From Octopus bimaculoides (Eukaryota): 63,747 bases of DNA. Positions 1 through 11,598 of the stretch are shown here, in pieces. Numbering within the stretch: the first letter of the stretch is position 1; every line of letters begins with the position of its first letter. The position numbers and the translations under genes were made by a program. The notes under the pieces were generated by a model that had not been told where the DNA came from, did no database searches, and saw only the letters and a list, made by a program, of their open reading frames with translations. The stretch spans positions 37,576,186 to 37,639,932 of the forward strand of contig NC_068989.1 in the NCBI RefSeq assembly GCF_001194135.2, given 5' to 3'.

Positions 1-141
1 TCCTTTTCGGTGATTTTAAACGTCTTGCCCGCTTACGTTTTGGTATCACGCTATATTTCATGTTGAGAACGAGTTAGGTCTTGTTAGACACAAGATGTGA
101 TCTATTTCTAGCACATTGAATGTCCACGTTAGTGGTCAACG

Positions 142-179
<38 letters not shown>

Positions 180-182
<3 letters not shown>

Positions 183-365
183 TGTGTTTGTCATCCAACC
201 AACGCTTGACAACCGATGTTGGTGTTTTTATCTACCCGTAACTTAGAGGTTCGGCATAAGAGACCGATAGAATAAGTACTAGGCTTACAAAGAATAAGTC
301 CATGGGTCGATTTGTTCGATTAAAGGCAGTGCTCCAGAATGGCCGCATTCAAATGCCTGAAAGAA
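180..365 (+). mobile_element. 3' half of composite tRNA-derived SINE (family B tail)
   Basis: Contains 'cgtaacttagaggttcggc...gtgctccagaatggccgcattcaaatgcctgaaa', a motif recurring at ~1625-1770, 44515-44705, 45385-45560, 50415-50470 and 63380-63570, in most cases next to a dinucleotide microsatellite. Confidence 0.75.
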
Positions 366-431
366 AAAAAACAAAGAATATATACGTAGATATGCGTGTA
401 TGAATGTATGCTTACTTGTATATGCATGTTG

Positions 432-463
<32 letters not shown>

Positions 464-915
464 GTGTGTGTGTATGCATGTATGGATATATATATACATA
501 TATATATATATAAATATAAATATATATTCTAAACAAACTTATAAGCTCTGCGTGAGTCGGTAATCTCTCTCTCTCTCTCTCTCTCTTTGTATATAATTAC
601 TCAGCAGCCATTAAATTATAATCGCCATCTACATATCATACTCCGTATATATATTCTATTGTTCATTTCAGTTTGAGAGAAGAATCTCTTTATGAACATA
701 TAGTTTTAAAAATACAATATTATTATGAGGATCGAGGCCAACGCCATCTGATTCGCTGTGATATAACTGTGTTTTTAATCACAGCATATCTGTAAATAGA
801 TTTTCTCTGACAAAGCGCACAACATAATGCCTTTCGGAGGTGTGCGTGTCTGTATATATACTCAGCATGATACACAGATGATGACGAAATATGTGTGTGT
901 GTGTGCGTGCGTGTG

Positions 916-961
<46 letters not shown>

Positions 962-1394
962 TATGCATGTTATATATACATGTATGTATTGTAAGATACA
1001 AATAAGATAATTTATTTTCGAACACAGAAACGTCGTTAAGCTAAACTTCCCACTGACAAATTAATCTACAATTTTAGACGCTATAAATCTAAACGCACAA
1101 CTCCGTGTATATAAATATGAACAAACTAGCATTTTTATTATTTTCCTCAAGCGTTTAAATGGTAAAGCACTTGGCCAGAGTCTTCAATTTGTGTGGGTTC
1201 GAGTTCTATGACTAATTTTTCCACTCTTTAAGGGTAATTTACCCAATTTTTCTGATGTTCTAACAGTGTTTCTGCACCCGAAAATAGATTATCATCTTGT
1301 ATCTTTCAATACACATGTCGACGCTAAAAAAAAAAAAAAACAAATCTTAGTTTGTTTGTATTTATATACATATATATGTATGTATATTATGCGC

Positions 1395-1546
1395 AAACGA
1401 AAGCATTTCGCCTTCCAGCCATATGGTTTTGAGTTCAGTCCCACAGCGTGGCACCTTGGGCAAGTGTCTTGTATTAAAGCTTCGAGCCAACCAAAACCTT
1501 TTGAGTGGATCTGGTAAGAAGGAAATTGAATGAAAATCCTAGTGTG

Positions 1547-1577
<31 letters not shown>

Positions 1578-1770
1578 CATATATATGTTTGTTTGTGTGT
1601 GTGAGCGTGTGCGCGCATGTGTTTGTGACTGCACTGCAACCGGTGTTGAAGATTTTGGATCACTGTAACTTAGAGGTTCGGTAAAAGTAACTGACTGAAT
1701 AAGTAATAAAACTTTTTCAAGGTTGTGCTCCAGCATGGCTGCTGCCTAATGACTAAAACAAGTAAAAGAT
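1395..1770 (+). mobile_element. Composite SINE family B: tRNA-like head + internal (TA)/(TG) microsatellite + tail
   Basis: Head 'ggttttgagttcagtcccacagcgtggcaccttgggcaagtgtct' (B-box-like) at ~1395-1535, microsatellite at 1540-1625, tail at 1625-1770. The same layout occurs on the - strand at 44515-45045. Confidence 0.75.
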
Positions 1771-1807
1771 TATATATACGTACATACACACACACACACA
1801 CACACAT

Positions 1808-1853
<46 letters not shown>

Positions 1854-1975
1854 GCATAAATACATATATATNNNNNNNNNNNNNNNNNNNNNNNNNNNNN
1901 NNNNNNNNNNNNNNNNNNNNNNNNNNNNNNNNNNNNNNNNNNNNNNNNNNNNNNNNNNNNNNNNNNNNNNNNNNN

Positions 1976-2017
<42 letters not shown>

Positions 2018-2744
2018 CATATATGTATGAAAGGAGAAGAGACTCTAATGGAAATAAAGTTGTGTAATGTATTTCATTATCTGAAATTTAACAAACTATT
2101 ACTCTGAAGTTTACCCTTCAAATCTCCAGGCGATTCTGTAAAAGGGAACATGAAAAGTGGATATAATAAAAGTACATTAAAGATATCCGAATATTATTCT
2201 CAGGTTTTATTGGATAAAATGGAATATTAGGATCTTATTGACAATGCAACCATTAAATGAAAAATAAATTGGGAAGATGGTGAAATTTCCCATTTAGAGA
2301 AAGAAATATAAATTGTGTATAGGCATACGGCATAATATATAAAACACATATTTAAAAAAAAACTTATATATAATCATCAGTAGACAAACATATTTATAAC
2401 TGTGGATATGTATGACAATGTAAACTACGCAAGGAAAATTCCTTGAAACGTTGAAACTGGAAAAGAACAATACATTCCAAAACGAAGTCCAAGACAGAAA
2501 GTAAGATATTGTTCGAAAATTAATTATTTCAAGGTATATTTTTCTTTTTTCTGCATGACTAAATCGTCTTTTACAGCGACTGAACTCGGTAGCTTATTTA
2601 ATAAAAATGTAAATACTTTCTTACTTTATTCCATGATGTTCTGAAAGCAATTTTTATTTAATATAAATTTGCCTGTGTAAAGTCTTTTAACCATTTCAAA
2701 ATCATATTATTATTTTCATTATTGTTATCAGAACGTAGCAGCAG

Positions 2745-4850
2745 ACGAAATACTCATTAGATTCGGACCATTTAAGTACTTACAACCGTTACTAGATTCA
2801 AACCATTTAACTTGGATTTCATTAGCTTCCTTACCCTTCTGATGTGCTCCTTCTGAATTTTCGTTTTCATTTCTATAGTTCGTACTCTGTCAGATTCTGA
2901 TACTCCTAGATGTTAATAACTCTCTCCTTTCAATGATTTTAATGTCTGACCATCTGGTAATTGGATGCCTTCACTGTTGACTACATGTCCCCTTCCCATG
3001 ACTAATATTGCACACTTATCTATGCTAAATTCTATGCCTACATCTAAGGGGAATCAAACATAAGAAAATATTAAAGTGGATAACGAGTCTTCTTGGAAAA
3101 TTCCTCTTTTGATATCAACCTTCCCTAAGACTGTGTCACCTGAGTAGAGATCTACTTTCCATTTCTTCCAGGCTAAAGGGAATTAATTCTCTTTAATACT
3201 GAATATACTCAGACATTCACTTATCCATGAGTGTGAGATTATGTCATAGGCTTAACTGCTTTGTCTATGTATAATAGATAATGCATTCCTCTAACTTTCT
3301 TTCTACAACCTTTCTGTTCTTCTGGCAATAAATTCTGATTGTCAAGGTGTTCATAAATGCCTTTTGAAAGCATTCCTGTTAACAACTTCTGCACTAATGG
3401 TAAGCGAATGATTGGTCTATAATTGCTAGCTGTATTACCCTTGGTTTTACCTTTCATAATGAATATCTTCTCCCTCTAGTCATCCATTCTAGTATTATTC
3501 CTCCATTAAGGTAATCCTAAAGTTGTTTCCTAAGCCTCCCATGTAAACTGCTAAATATCTTTAGCCAGTACCCGTGATCTAAATCTCGTCCTGGGCCTTT
3601 CAATTCGGCATTTTCTTCAACACTTTACTCATTAAAGCACTAGTTAATCTTAGATCAGGCTGCTTCTCACTCACTATTTCTTCCCTCACTTTCTTTAACC
3701 TTACTGCATCTCCTTTATGATTGACTGGGTTATCCCAAATATTACTCCAGAACTTTCTAGCTTCTTCTGCATTAGGTTTCTCATCTCCAGTACTTTCTTC
3801 TTCACTATTTATTTGGTTATAAAATCTCTTCTGATCTGCCTCAAATCTATTCTGTTGATACTTATCAATTTTTTTCTGATATCTGGAAAGCTTACCTTCT
3901 GCTGCTTTGATACGCTGTTTCAGCTCTTGTATGGCTGTCCCAAATCCTTTCCCTTTGACTAAGTATCTCAAGAGAGGATTTAGTTCTTGTGTTCCCTAAC
4001 TTGTTCAGTTTCTAGACTTCTATTCTACTCAGATCTTAAACACTTCACTTTATTTTGTAATCTCATTTTCCACATTTGCTCTTTTGCAATGTTTCCTTGT
4101 GGAATATCTAATCTTCTTGTAACTACCACCCCTCCTGCAAAGATCAATAAATTAGTGTCTCCTATGTTTTTAATATCTTTCTTACTGATTACAGAATCTA
4201 CTTTCCTAGTCATATCTGGCAGCTTTCTTCTGTTGGTACCTTTTAATGCTGGAAATCTCATTACATCCTGCAGCTCAACTGAAATCTTCTGATCTTCCTC
4301 ACTTAAATCTCTTAAATCACTGGTGCTACTTGTCCGTCGTTATTGGTAGTGTTATTATTATATTTTTTTGGTCTTAGCTGTATCACTTATGTTGTTGTTT
4401 CTCTTTCCTACTGCCTGGTCTTTCTTTTCAAGTTCTCTTATGATCTCCTCCACCTCCAATTCTGTCATCCACTTTCTTCTAATAGTATTAGCTTGATCTA
4501 CTAGTCTCTACTCAGTCACTTTAAACATACCCTTCTCTACCCAAAGTGTTAATAAACGTTTTCTATAGCCCCTTCTTTTAGGTTCACCTTCTAAGTAGCA
4601 TTGCATCACTATCCCATTTTCTTCGCTGATCTACTTCCTCCTCCTTACTTTATTATCTGCTGAGGTCATGACAGCCGTGGTCAGTCTGCATCTTTACTAA
4701 ACCACTGCTGAGCGAGAGACCTTCCCTGAAAAATCCAACCTCATTTTCGCTGTTACACCAGAGTTTCGACGTAAACTCCTGTCTATCATAAACTGAAGTA
4801 AGGTAACGTTCGTCACCATCGTCATCACCACTATCATTTTTCGACATCTG
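2745..4850 (-). mobile_element. R4/Dong-clade (REL-type) non-LTR retrotransposon, N-terminal domain + RT, decayed, 3' truncated
   Basis: Minus-strand peptides: Myb-like 'VMQCYL..EPKRRGYRKRL..LW.EKGMFKVTE.RL.DQANTIRK'; 'FEADQKRFY...KFWSNIW...KKMPN'; 'SNYRPI..LPLVQKLLTG...LLPEEQKGCRK'; 'IKRGIFQEDSLS'. Many stops and frameshifts. Confidence 0.85.
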
Positions 4851-5189
4851 ATAGTTTCAAGTGACTTTCTATTGCATCACTTGCTGCACTTTGTGCTGGT
4901 GAGGTGTATGTCTCATATTTGCCCCCTTGGGGAATATTGTATGGCGTCAGTATGTTTTGTTATGGGATTTGTTTTGAGTCTTCTGTTGTATTAGTTTTTG
5001 TATTGTATGTTGAGTGCAGTGCAGGTTGTGTTCTTCTGTTGGGTACCGGACTTCTATGGCACATGTTGTGGGCTTTGTTAATTTTATTGGGTATTTACTG
5101 TATGAGTTTATTCTATATGTTTTTGGAGGAGTGTTGCATAAAAATGTGTGTAAATCATACATTAAACATTGCATAGTATTCACGGTTAT

Positions 5190-5362
5190 CTGTCCATCGT
5201 TGGAGTCGCACATGTTTGTATGTTTGTTTGTGTCTTTGCAAAATTACTGGTAAACGGCCGAACGGATTTTCACCAAGAAATATTCATTGGGAGAGTGGCT
5301 CGAACTCACTACATTTTGGCGGACGGGTTAATCAAAATGCATCGCTTCTCCGATGTCTTCTT

Positions 5363-5370
<8 letters not shown>
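5190..5370 (+). mobile_element. Possible Helentron/HINE-like non-autonomous fragment
   Basis: Short (GTTT/GTAT) repeat followed by 'taaacggccgaacggattttcaccaag', resembling the core of DINE-1/HINE-type elements (recalled from memory, not searched). Confidence 0.35.

Positions 5371-5422
<52 letters not shown>
5365..5422. repeat. (TTA)n microsatellite
   Basis: Direct reading of the sequence. Confidence 0.98.
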
Positions 5423-5425
<3 letters not shown>

Positions 5426-6360
5426 GGTTGTCAAGAAAGTTCTTGCGGAATTTTTAATTTTGGTTTTAAATAATGTAATTTCAAATTAATTTTTGTTAAA
5501 TTACTTTGACTTGATATATCATTTTAAAGCCTGATTTTCGCTCTATCTAATCTTGTTACTTGTTTTCTTTTTCAATAATTAGGCCATTTTTTGCGGAACG
5601 TTGAATACAACATGGACAAAAAGCAAATTCACACAATCTTCTTATTCCAGTTCAAGCTAGGCCGAAACGCTGCTGAAACAACTCGCAATATCAACGATAT
5701 TTTTGGCCCAGGAACCACTAATGAACGTACAGCACAATGGCGGTTCAAGAAATTTCGTATCGGTGACGAGAGTCTTGAAGAGGATAAGTGTAGTGGTCGG
5801 CCATCGGATGTTGACAACTAAGAGACTTAGAGGAAGCCAATCCATGCACAGCTGTTCGAGAGCATGCTTCTGAATTAGACATAACGTATACGACAATTTC
5901 CAACCATTTGAAAGAAATTGGAAAAACAAAAATACTTGAGAAATGGGTATCGCAGGAATTGAACGATAACCAAAAAAAAAAACAAAAAAAACGCCATTTT
6001 GAAGTATCGTCTTCCCTTCTTTTACGCAACAAGAACGACTCGTTTCTCGACCGGATTGTGACTTGCGATGAAAAGTGGATTCTTTACGACAACCGGCGAC
6101 GCTCAACCCAGTGGTTGGACGCCGACGAAGCTCCACGGCACTTCCTGAAGCCAAAGTTGCACCAAAAGAAGGTCATGGTGACTGTTATCCTCACTCGTGA
6201 ATTTCTCGCCAAAAACAACATGGTGCCATTTCCACACCAGTCGCATTCACCGGATTTAGCACCTGCAGACTTTCATCTCTTCCTCAAGATAAAACTGCAG
6301 CTGAAAGGTCACCGTTTTAACGCCATTGTCGAGATCCAGAGCAAACCGTAGAAGGTCCCC
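5423..6360 (+). mobile_element. mariner transposase remnant with 5' TIR; frameshifted, internally deleted or chimeric
   Basis: TA followed by 'ttaggttgtcaagaaagttcttgcgg' (Hsmar1-like TIR). ATG at 5612 gives MDKKQIHTIFLFQFKLGRNAAETTRNIN (HTH). Motifs WVSQEL (WVPHEL), TCDEKW and HSPDLAPAD (YSPDLAPSD) are present. Confidence 0.92.
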
Positions 6361-6399
6361 GTATTCAACTTACAATTGTTTCGCTGCTTTTCTTTAATC

Positions 6400-7690
6400 C
6401 TCAGGAAAAGAAATATGTTTTAGCTAACTGGTCATGTATATTCTATGTGTAAGGGTTGGTTTTTCCTCTCCTACAGCCTTTCTGTCCATAAATGTGATAT
6501 TCCTTCTCGCCCCCAGCATTTATATGCATACATTTATACATAGGCCCTTCAAAAATCCCTCCCTTACTCCTCTGCCATGTCTCTGTTTCTCTTTTTTCTC
6601 TATTCCTCTTGCATCCTTAGCCTTCTTTATTCCACTCTTATATATAGATAAAATTAGAATGGACAGTTGTCACTTGAATGCTAACATGAAGGTCAATGAC
6701 CAAAAGTGACCGACCATGATACTTAACTCTGATAGGACTGAGAAATACCATTGTCCTGATTTCTTTGACACCGGTCTTTCATCAATGAGTTTCGATCGGT
6801 TTATTTATTCCACCCGCTAATCTCCCAGACTCTAAACTGGATGTGGCAATCTCAAGTCTTTGGTACCAAGGAGTTTAGGATATAAGTTTCCATTCACCCA
6901 TGTTCGATGGTCGTTAATTTGTCTCTCCACTTTTCGAAGGCTTTTCAGACTGGTCCGAATTCGTGTATGTGTAATAAAGTTATTTCGTTACTTTAATTAT
7001 TGTCGACCAGTCTGGTTGATTCTGCACAGAAACTGTCAATACATCACTTGGGGTCTTAATTTTATACTGAGTTTAAATGCATTTGGGCATGCCTCCTTTC
7101 TGTAGTTGAGAACAACAAATCGTACACCTCCCTCGATCTATCTAACGAATTCCATTCTACATGTCTACCTACCCATGCTCTTCTACGTATGTATGTATGT
7201 ATGTATGTATGTATGTATGCATGCATGTATGTATGTATGTATGTATGTATGTATGTATGTATGTTCTCTTTCTCTTTTTTATTTAGAGTATTTTTTGTCC
7301 AGCCATCTACTTGGTAGCAAGATTGTGAAGGAGAATATCTTGTTCTAACAGTCATTCTTTAAATCTTAGGAAAGCCTTGCAAATTTTTACAGTCCCAGAT
7401 ATAGTGATCGTTTGTAGCTTATGAATTAATGATTTTACATTATCTCCCCAAGATCTCAAGTTCAGCCATACTTTACTCCAGACGAGTTGGTATGTCTGAA
7501 CATTCATGCATAGGTGTCATACCAAGCTTCACGTGGGCGCTAAACTCTCCGATGGAGTAATATGGTGTCCTCATGACATACAGTGTCGCGCGTATTTTTA
7601 GACCAGGGGGAGTCCATTCCACTCTCTGCCTGAGTATAGGTTCTTTCTTCCAGAAAGCGAGAAAAAGACTAACTGGCTGACAGACTTAGA
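6400..7690 (-). mobile_element. Possible very decayed L1/Tx1-like LINE 3' region interrupted by (TATG)n
   Basis: Minus-strand fragment 'TNDHYIWDC' resembles the C-terminal zinc-knuckle 'ET.DH..W.C'; otherwise fragmentary. Confidence 0.25.
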
Positions 7691-7812
7691 GTTAGAGAAA
7701 GACAAGAATCGGTACCAGTACATGACTGGTACTTTGTCCATCGATCTCAAAAAGATGAACAGCAAAGTTGACCTGGTCTGAATTTGAACTCAGAATTCTG
7801 CTTACTCGCCGC
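7690..7812 (-). mobile_element. SINE family A fragment
   Basis: Shares the core 'gtcgactttgcctttcatcctttcggggtcgataaa..agtaccag' (reverse complement) with ~20 other copies in the window. Confidence 0.7.
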
Positions 7813-7857
7813 CTATACGTATGTATGTATGCATGTATGTATGTATGTATGTATGTA

Positions 7858-7890
<33 letters not shown>

Positions 7891-7944
7891 CTGTCTGTCT
7901 GTATGTATGTATGTGTGTATGCATGCATGCATGCATACATACAT

Positions 7945-8065
7945 ACAAGGCTTTCGCTGGCCCGAGGCTATAGTAGAAGGCATTTCCCCAAGGTGCCACG
8001 CAGTGGGACTGAACCCAAAACCATGTGGTTGGTAAACAAGCTACCTACCACACAGCCACTCCTGG
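7945..8065 (-). mobile_element. SINE family B head
   Basis: Reverse complement of 'ggctgtgtggtag..gcttg..accaaccacatggttttgggttcagtcccactgcgtggcaccttggg'. Confidence 0.8.
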
Positions 8066-8117
8066 ATGGGTGGATGGATGGATGGAAGGATGTATAGATG
8101 ACTGAATTAATGGATGC

Positions 8118-8171
<54 letters not shown>

Positions 8172-9095
8172 TACTTATCTGTTTAGAGAAGCGAGTTAAA
8201 TAGCTGTAAAGATTAATAATTAATGCTAATTCTCATATCAACAATAATGGTTCCTTTAATTTAATAATCTTTGTCTTATTGCCAGAACGTCATATATCCA
8301 GAATAACTCACAGCATTCTTGCAAATATTCTACAAAGAGACTTTCTCATATTCCTTTAGGCATTGATTCGAGCAATATGGAATTAAACTCGATTTGGCAT
8401 CATTGCCCTCTCTAGAACAGGATGCAGGTTTCTACACGCTGTTTTATTTTGTGTTGTTGGTGCTTATATTATCCATGCTTTTGTTGCTGTTGTTATTGTG
8501 GTGGTGATGGTTTTGCTCCAGTCAGCTGTAATCGAGGTAACATGTAATTGAGGGCATTCAAGCCATGATCATCTCGTCCGTTTTCAGGCATTACGTTACT
8601 CAAACTGTGTTATCTGTGTATCCTTTTTTAAGATTAGGGTACGGCTTTAGTGAGAGCTATAAGATAGGCAGCTGCGTTTGATGTATCTGTAATCGGCGGG
8701 CAATAATTGCCACTGATATACAAGAAAAGAGAATTGTTTGAGTCCCCGAGGAAATGTCAACATGGTGGTCTGATATGCTGAAAATAACAATCCTTTAGGC
8801 CTCATATTACGGCTTATCATATTAAAAAAAATAGAGCAAGGGACATTTAAAAATGCTGTTATATAGATATACACTGTACTTTTATAAAATGTCGGATAGC
8901 GAAGACGAGAATGCCTTTAATGTTACGGCTATAATCAAGGCCTAAACTGAGGCATAACAACAACAAAGTTATGACAATATTTTCAACTCTGGTCGTTCAT
9001 AACTTCATTGATTAAGATTAATTAAAGCTATGTAACATTTATATTGAGGTTTCGATCGTCGGATAATTATTTACAGGGCGAATACGAAAGAAAGA

Positions 9096-9107
<12 letters not shown>

Positions 9108-9187
<80 letters not shown>
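9108..9187. repeat. (CA)n microsatellite
   Basis: Direct reading of the sequence. Confidence 0.98.
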
Positions 9188-9189
<2 letters not shown>

Positions 9190-9425
9190 CAAATTTGGTG
9201 TACGCAACTGAAACATAATTAAATTAAAATCGCCATCAGTGTATCATACTAAATATATACGCACTGTCATAAGTCATGCTGGGAAATTGTCAAAAATGAA
9301 ATTGCTTCGTAGATTTGTAGTCTCAAATACACAATATATATCGAAGCGAAATTTCTTGATGCTTGTCAATGCCGAGCACACATTTGTCACGTACTTAAAA
9401 CGAAATATCTTGGTTTGATATATAG

Positions 9426-9567
9426 GACATATTTAATAAAACATTCACTGGTATTGCGGAAGCGTGCCGTGCTGTAGAAAAATTCGGTGTGGCAAATGGA
9501 ATAGCATTCGGTAAACATCCGGAATACAAGCGAATATCCATGCACTGCTTCCTGTATACTGGAGCAA
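9426..9567 (+). other. Candidate host-gene exon (unverified)
   Basis: Bounded by tatatag| and |gtatgt. One open frame reads DIFNKTFTGIAEACRAVEKFGVANGIAFGKHPEYKRISMHCFLYTGA. GC-richer than its flanks; no family recognised. Confidence 0.2.
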
Positions 9568-10808
9568 GTATGTTGTGCTTTATAACACAACAAAGCAATC
9601 AAGCAATTTTAGCTCACATAATTCCATATCAACATGCCTTCTGATGTTGTGTATATATTTAGCATGATTCACAGATGGCGACAAAAAAAATAAATAAATA
9701 AATAAACAAATTTAGATGGACTATTCTCTAATTTCTACATTTGTCTCATTAATGACAGAAGCTTAGATTTTCAGCTGAAGAAATCCTACACAGCGGTCAT
9801 TTGTGTCATTAATCGTGCAATTCTCTCGCAACGGTTAATTTCATGCATTCTGTTTCAAACATGTCAAACATGTTTCTTGTTAAATCGCATTAATTCCTTT
9901 TCTCCCGATAATCTCTATAAATCTTCGTTGCTCGTTAAATTTATTACTTACTTGACCACACCACACAATACTTGAATAAAACAACTCACAATTGATTTAG
10001 ATATAACGATTTGTCACATATGCATCAAATCCGATATTTCTCTAATGACGTAGTAATAGCTTCGGGTGGGAATTGAAACTGCTTCCTCTATTAAGTTCTC
10101 CGAGTGCTTCTTTACCTAAAGCTTGAAAGCACCCTCCTTCAATTTACGACTGATTTCAATACCGCGATACAATGTGTACAAAAAATCCACCAAGGATTGA
10201 TTTACATTCAAAACGTCAAGGGACGTAACTAAGTAACGCAGTTGATTCTATCATCCACCGCTCTTTTTCCCAATATATTTGTGGCCAATGTTTCACAGTA
10301 GATCGGTATATGATTATTTTCACCGCCATCTCAGAAGTTTATAACAAGGAATAAGGCTTCAGGCCATGTTTTTCATTTACAGTTTGGATCACCTGTGTTC
10401 CTGCTTGCTGAATGACAATACAGTATTATCATTCAAGAGGTATTATTAATGCTTCTTGATTTTCGCTCTGAGGTATGAGATTTTTGCCTTGAATACTTAT
10501 TAGAATATCAGCAAAATTGATTGAGACTGACAGAATTAATATTGAATATAGTTGAGATAGCTGATTTGCTCCCAACTAAAATACAACGCTGCAATGTTAT
10601 TCTCATCCTATACCACTTCACTCTATTTACCTTAATAATATCTTTAGGAAGAGCAAAATACTACAAGTATCATTTCATATTTTAGAATTGAAACTCTATG
10701 GATGGGCAAGATATAATATTCTTCACATGACATGTTATTAGAGATTCCATTACATANNNNNNNNNNNNNNNNNNNNNNNNTATATATACATACATACATA
10801 TATACACA

Positions 10809-11598
10809 CAGGTTGTCCTAAAAAGTGTATACACACTTTAACAACTAATAACTCAGTGTTCATTTCTTTTTAGATTAAACCCATTAGAAAGAATAAAGGG
10901 AGCCAAGGTAAGCTTTAAACAAAGGAAATTTACCCTAAAATACTACCGGAAGTTTAAAAATGCAGTCGAATTCTAAAGACAGTTTAAGAGGAAGTTTGAA
11001 ACTTACAACCACTTGAATTAGAGATAAATTTGAAGCAGATGGAACTAAGAGCGACCGCAAGAGAGGTTCCAGAGGGCCTCAGATGTCGATGAACCGTACA
11101 AATCAAGCAAGTGTATTAAAAACGCTTTGCCAGAGATTGGGAATATCTGTGCAGCAAACGAGACGTGAGATAGAAATTTCAAAACCAAGCGTCCATGGCA
11201 TTTCGAAGTTGTCAGAAAAGTTATTTTCTAAGAATAGGTTATGCTCTCAATGAAGATAATCAGGACTGTGAAGTGTGAAGCTTTGTCAGTAGTACTTGAT
11301 AAAATGTGTAGAAGGTGCCGACTTTCCACGAAAGATTGTGTGGAGTGATGTAGCTACTTCTATATGAAATAGCTCAATTAACCACTACAGTTGCTCCTTA
11401 CTGGGGAGCTGGGGATCCATATATTACAGGTGAACGCCATGTTAACAAGAGTTACAGTACACTGCATCTTAACACCAAAACGATTAATTGGACTAGTCTT
11501 TTATGGCGGTACTGTGAGTGGTCCCATGTATTTGATGCAGCAATCTGTCATGCCAAGCATTCAAGATGGCTTCCAAGATTTGGAATTTATTTCCAGCC
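10809..11598 (+). mobile_element. Tc1/mariner maT/rosa-type (DD37D/DD41D-like) transposase remnant
   Basis: TIR-like 'caggttgtcctaaaaagtgtatacac'. Decayed peptides 'KFEADG', 'KIVWSDVATS' (WSDEA.F) and 'LIGLVFYGGTVSGPMYL..VMPSI' (LIGP.FF.GTV.G..YL). Confidence 0.75.

Noticed and set aside
1150-1210. tRNA-like stretch (tggtaaagcac...ggttcgagtt)
   Set aside because: A/B-box-like only, with no convincing acceptor stem; probably a decayed SINE head.
285-2067. ORFs rich in YI/HT/CV repeats
   Set aside because: Translations of (TA)n, (CA)n and (TATG)n microsatellites and of an N-gap; not genes.
2140-2520. Possible Penelope GIY-YIG tail ('KINWEDGEI') and hairpin + GAAACGTT at ~2430-2452
   Set aside because: Similarity too weak; the hammerhead core CUGANGA and stem I are not present.
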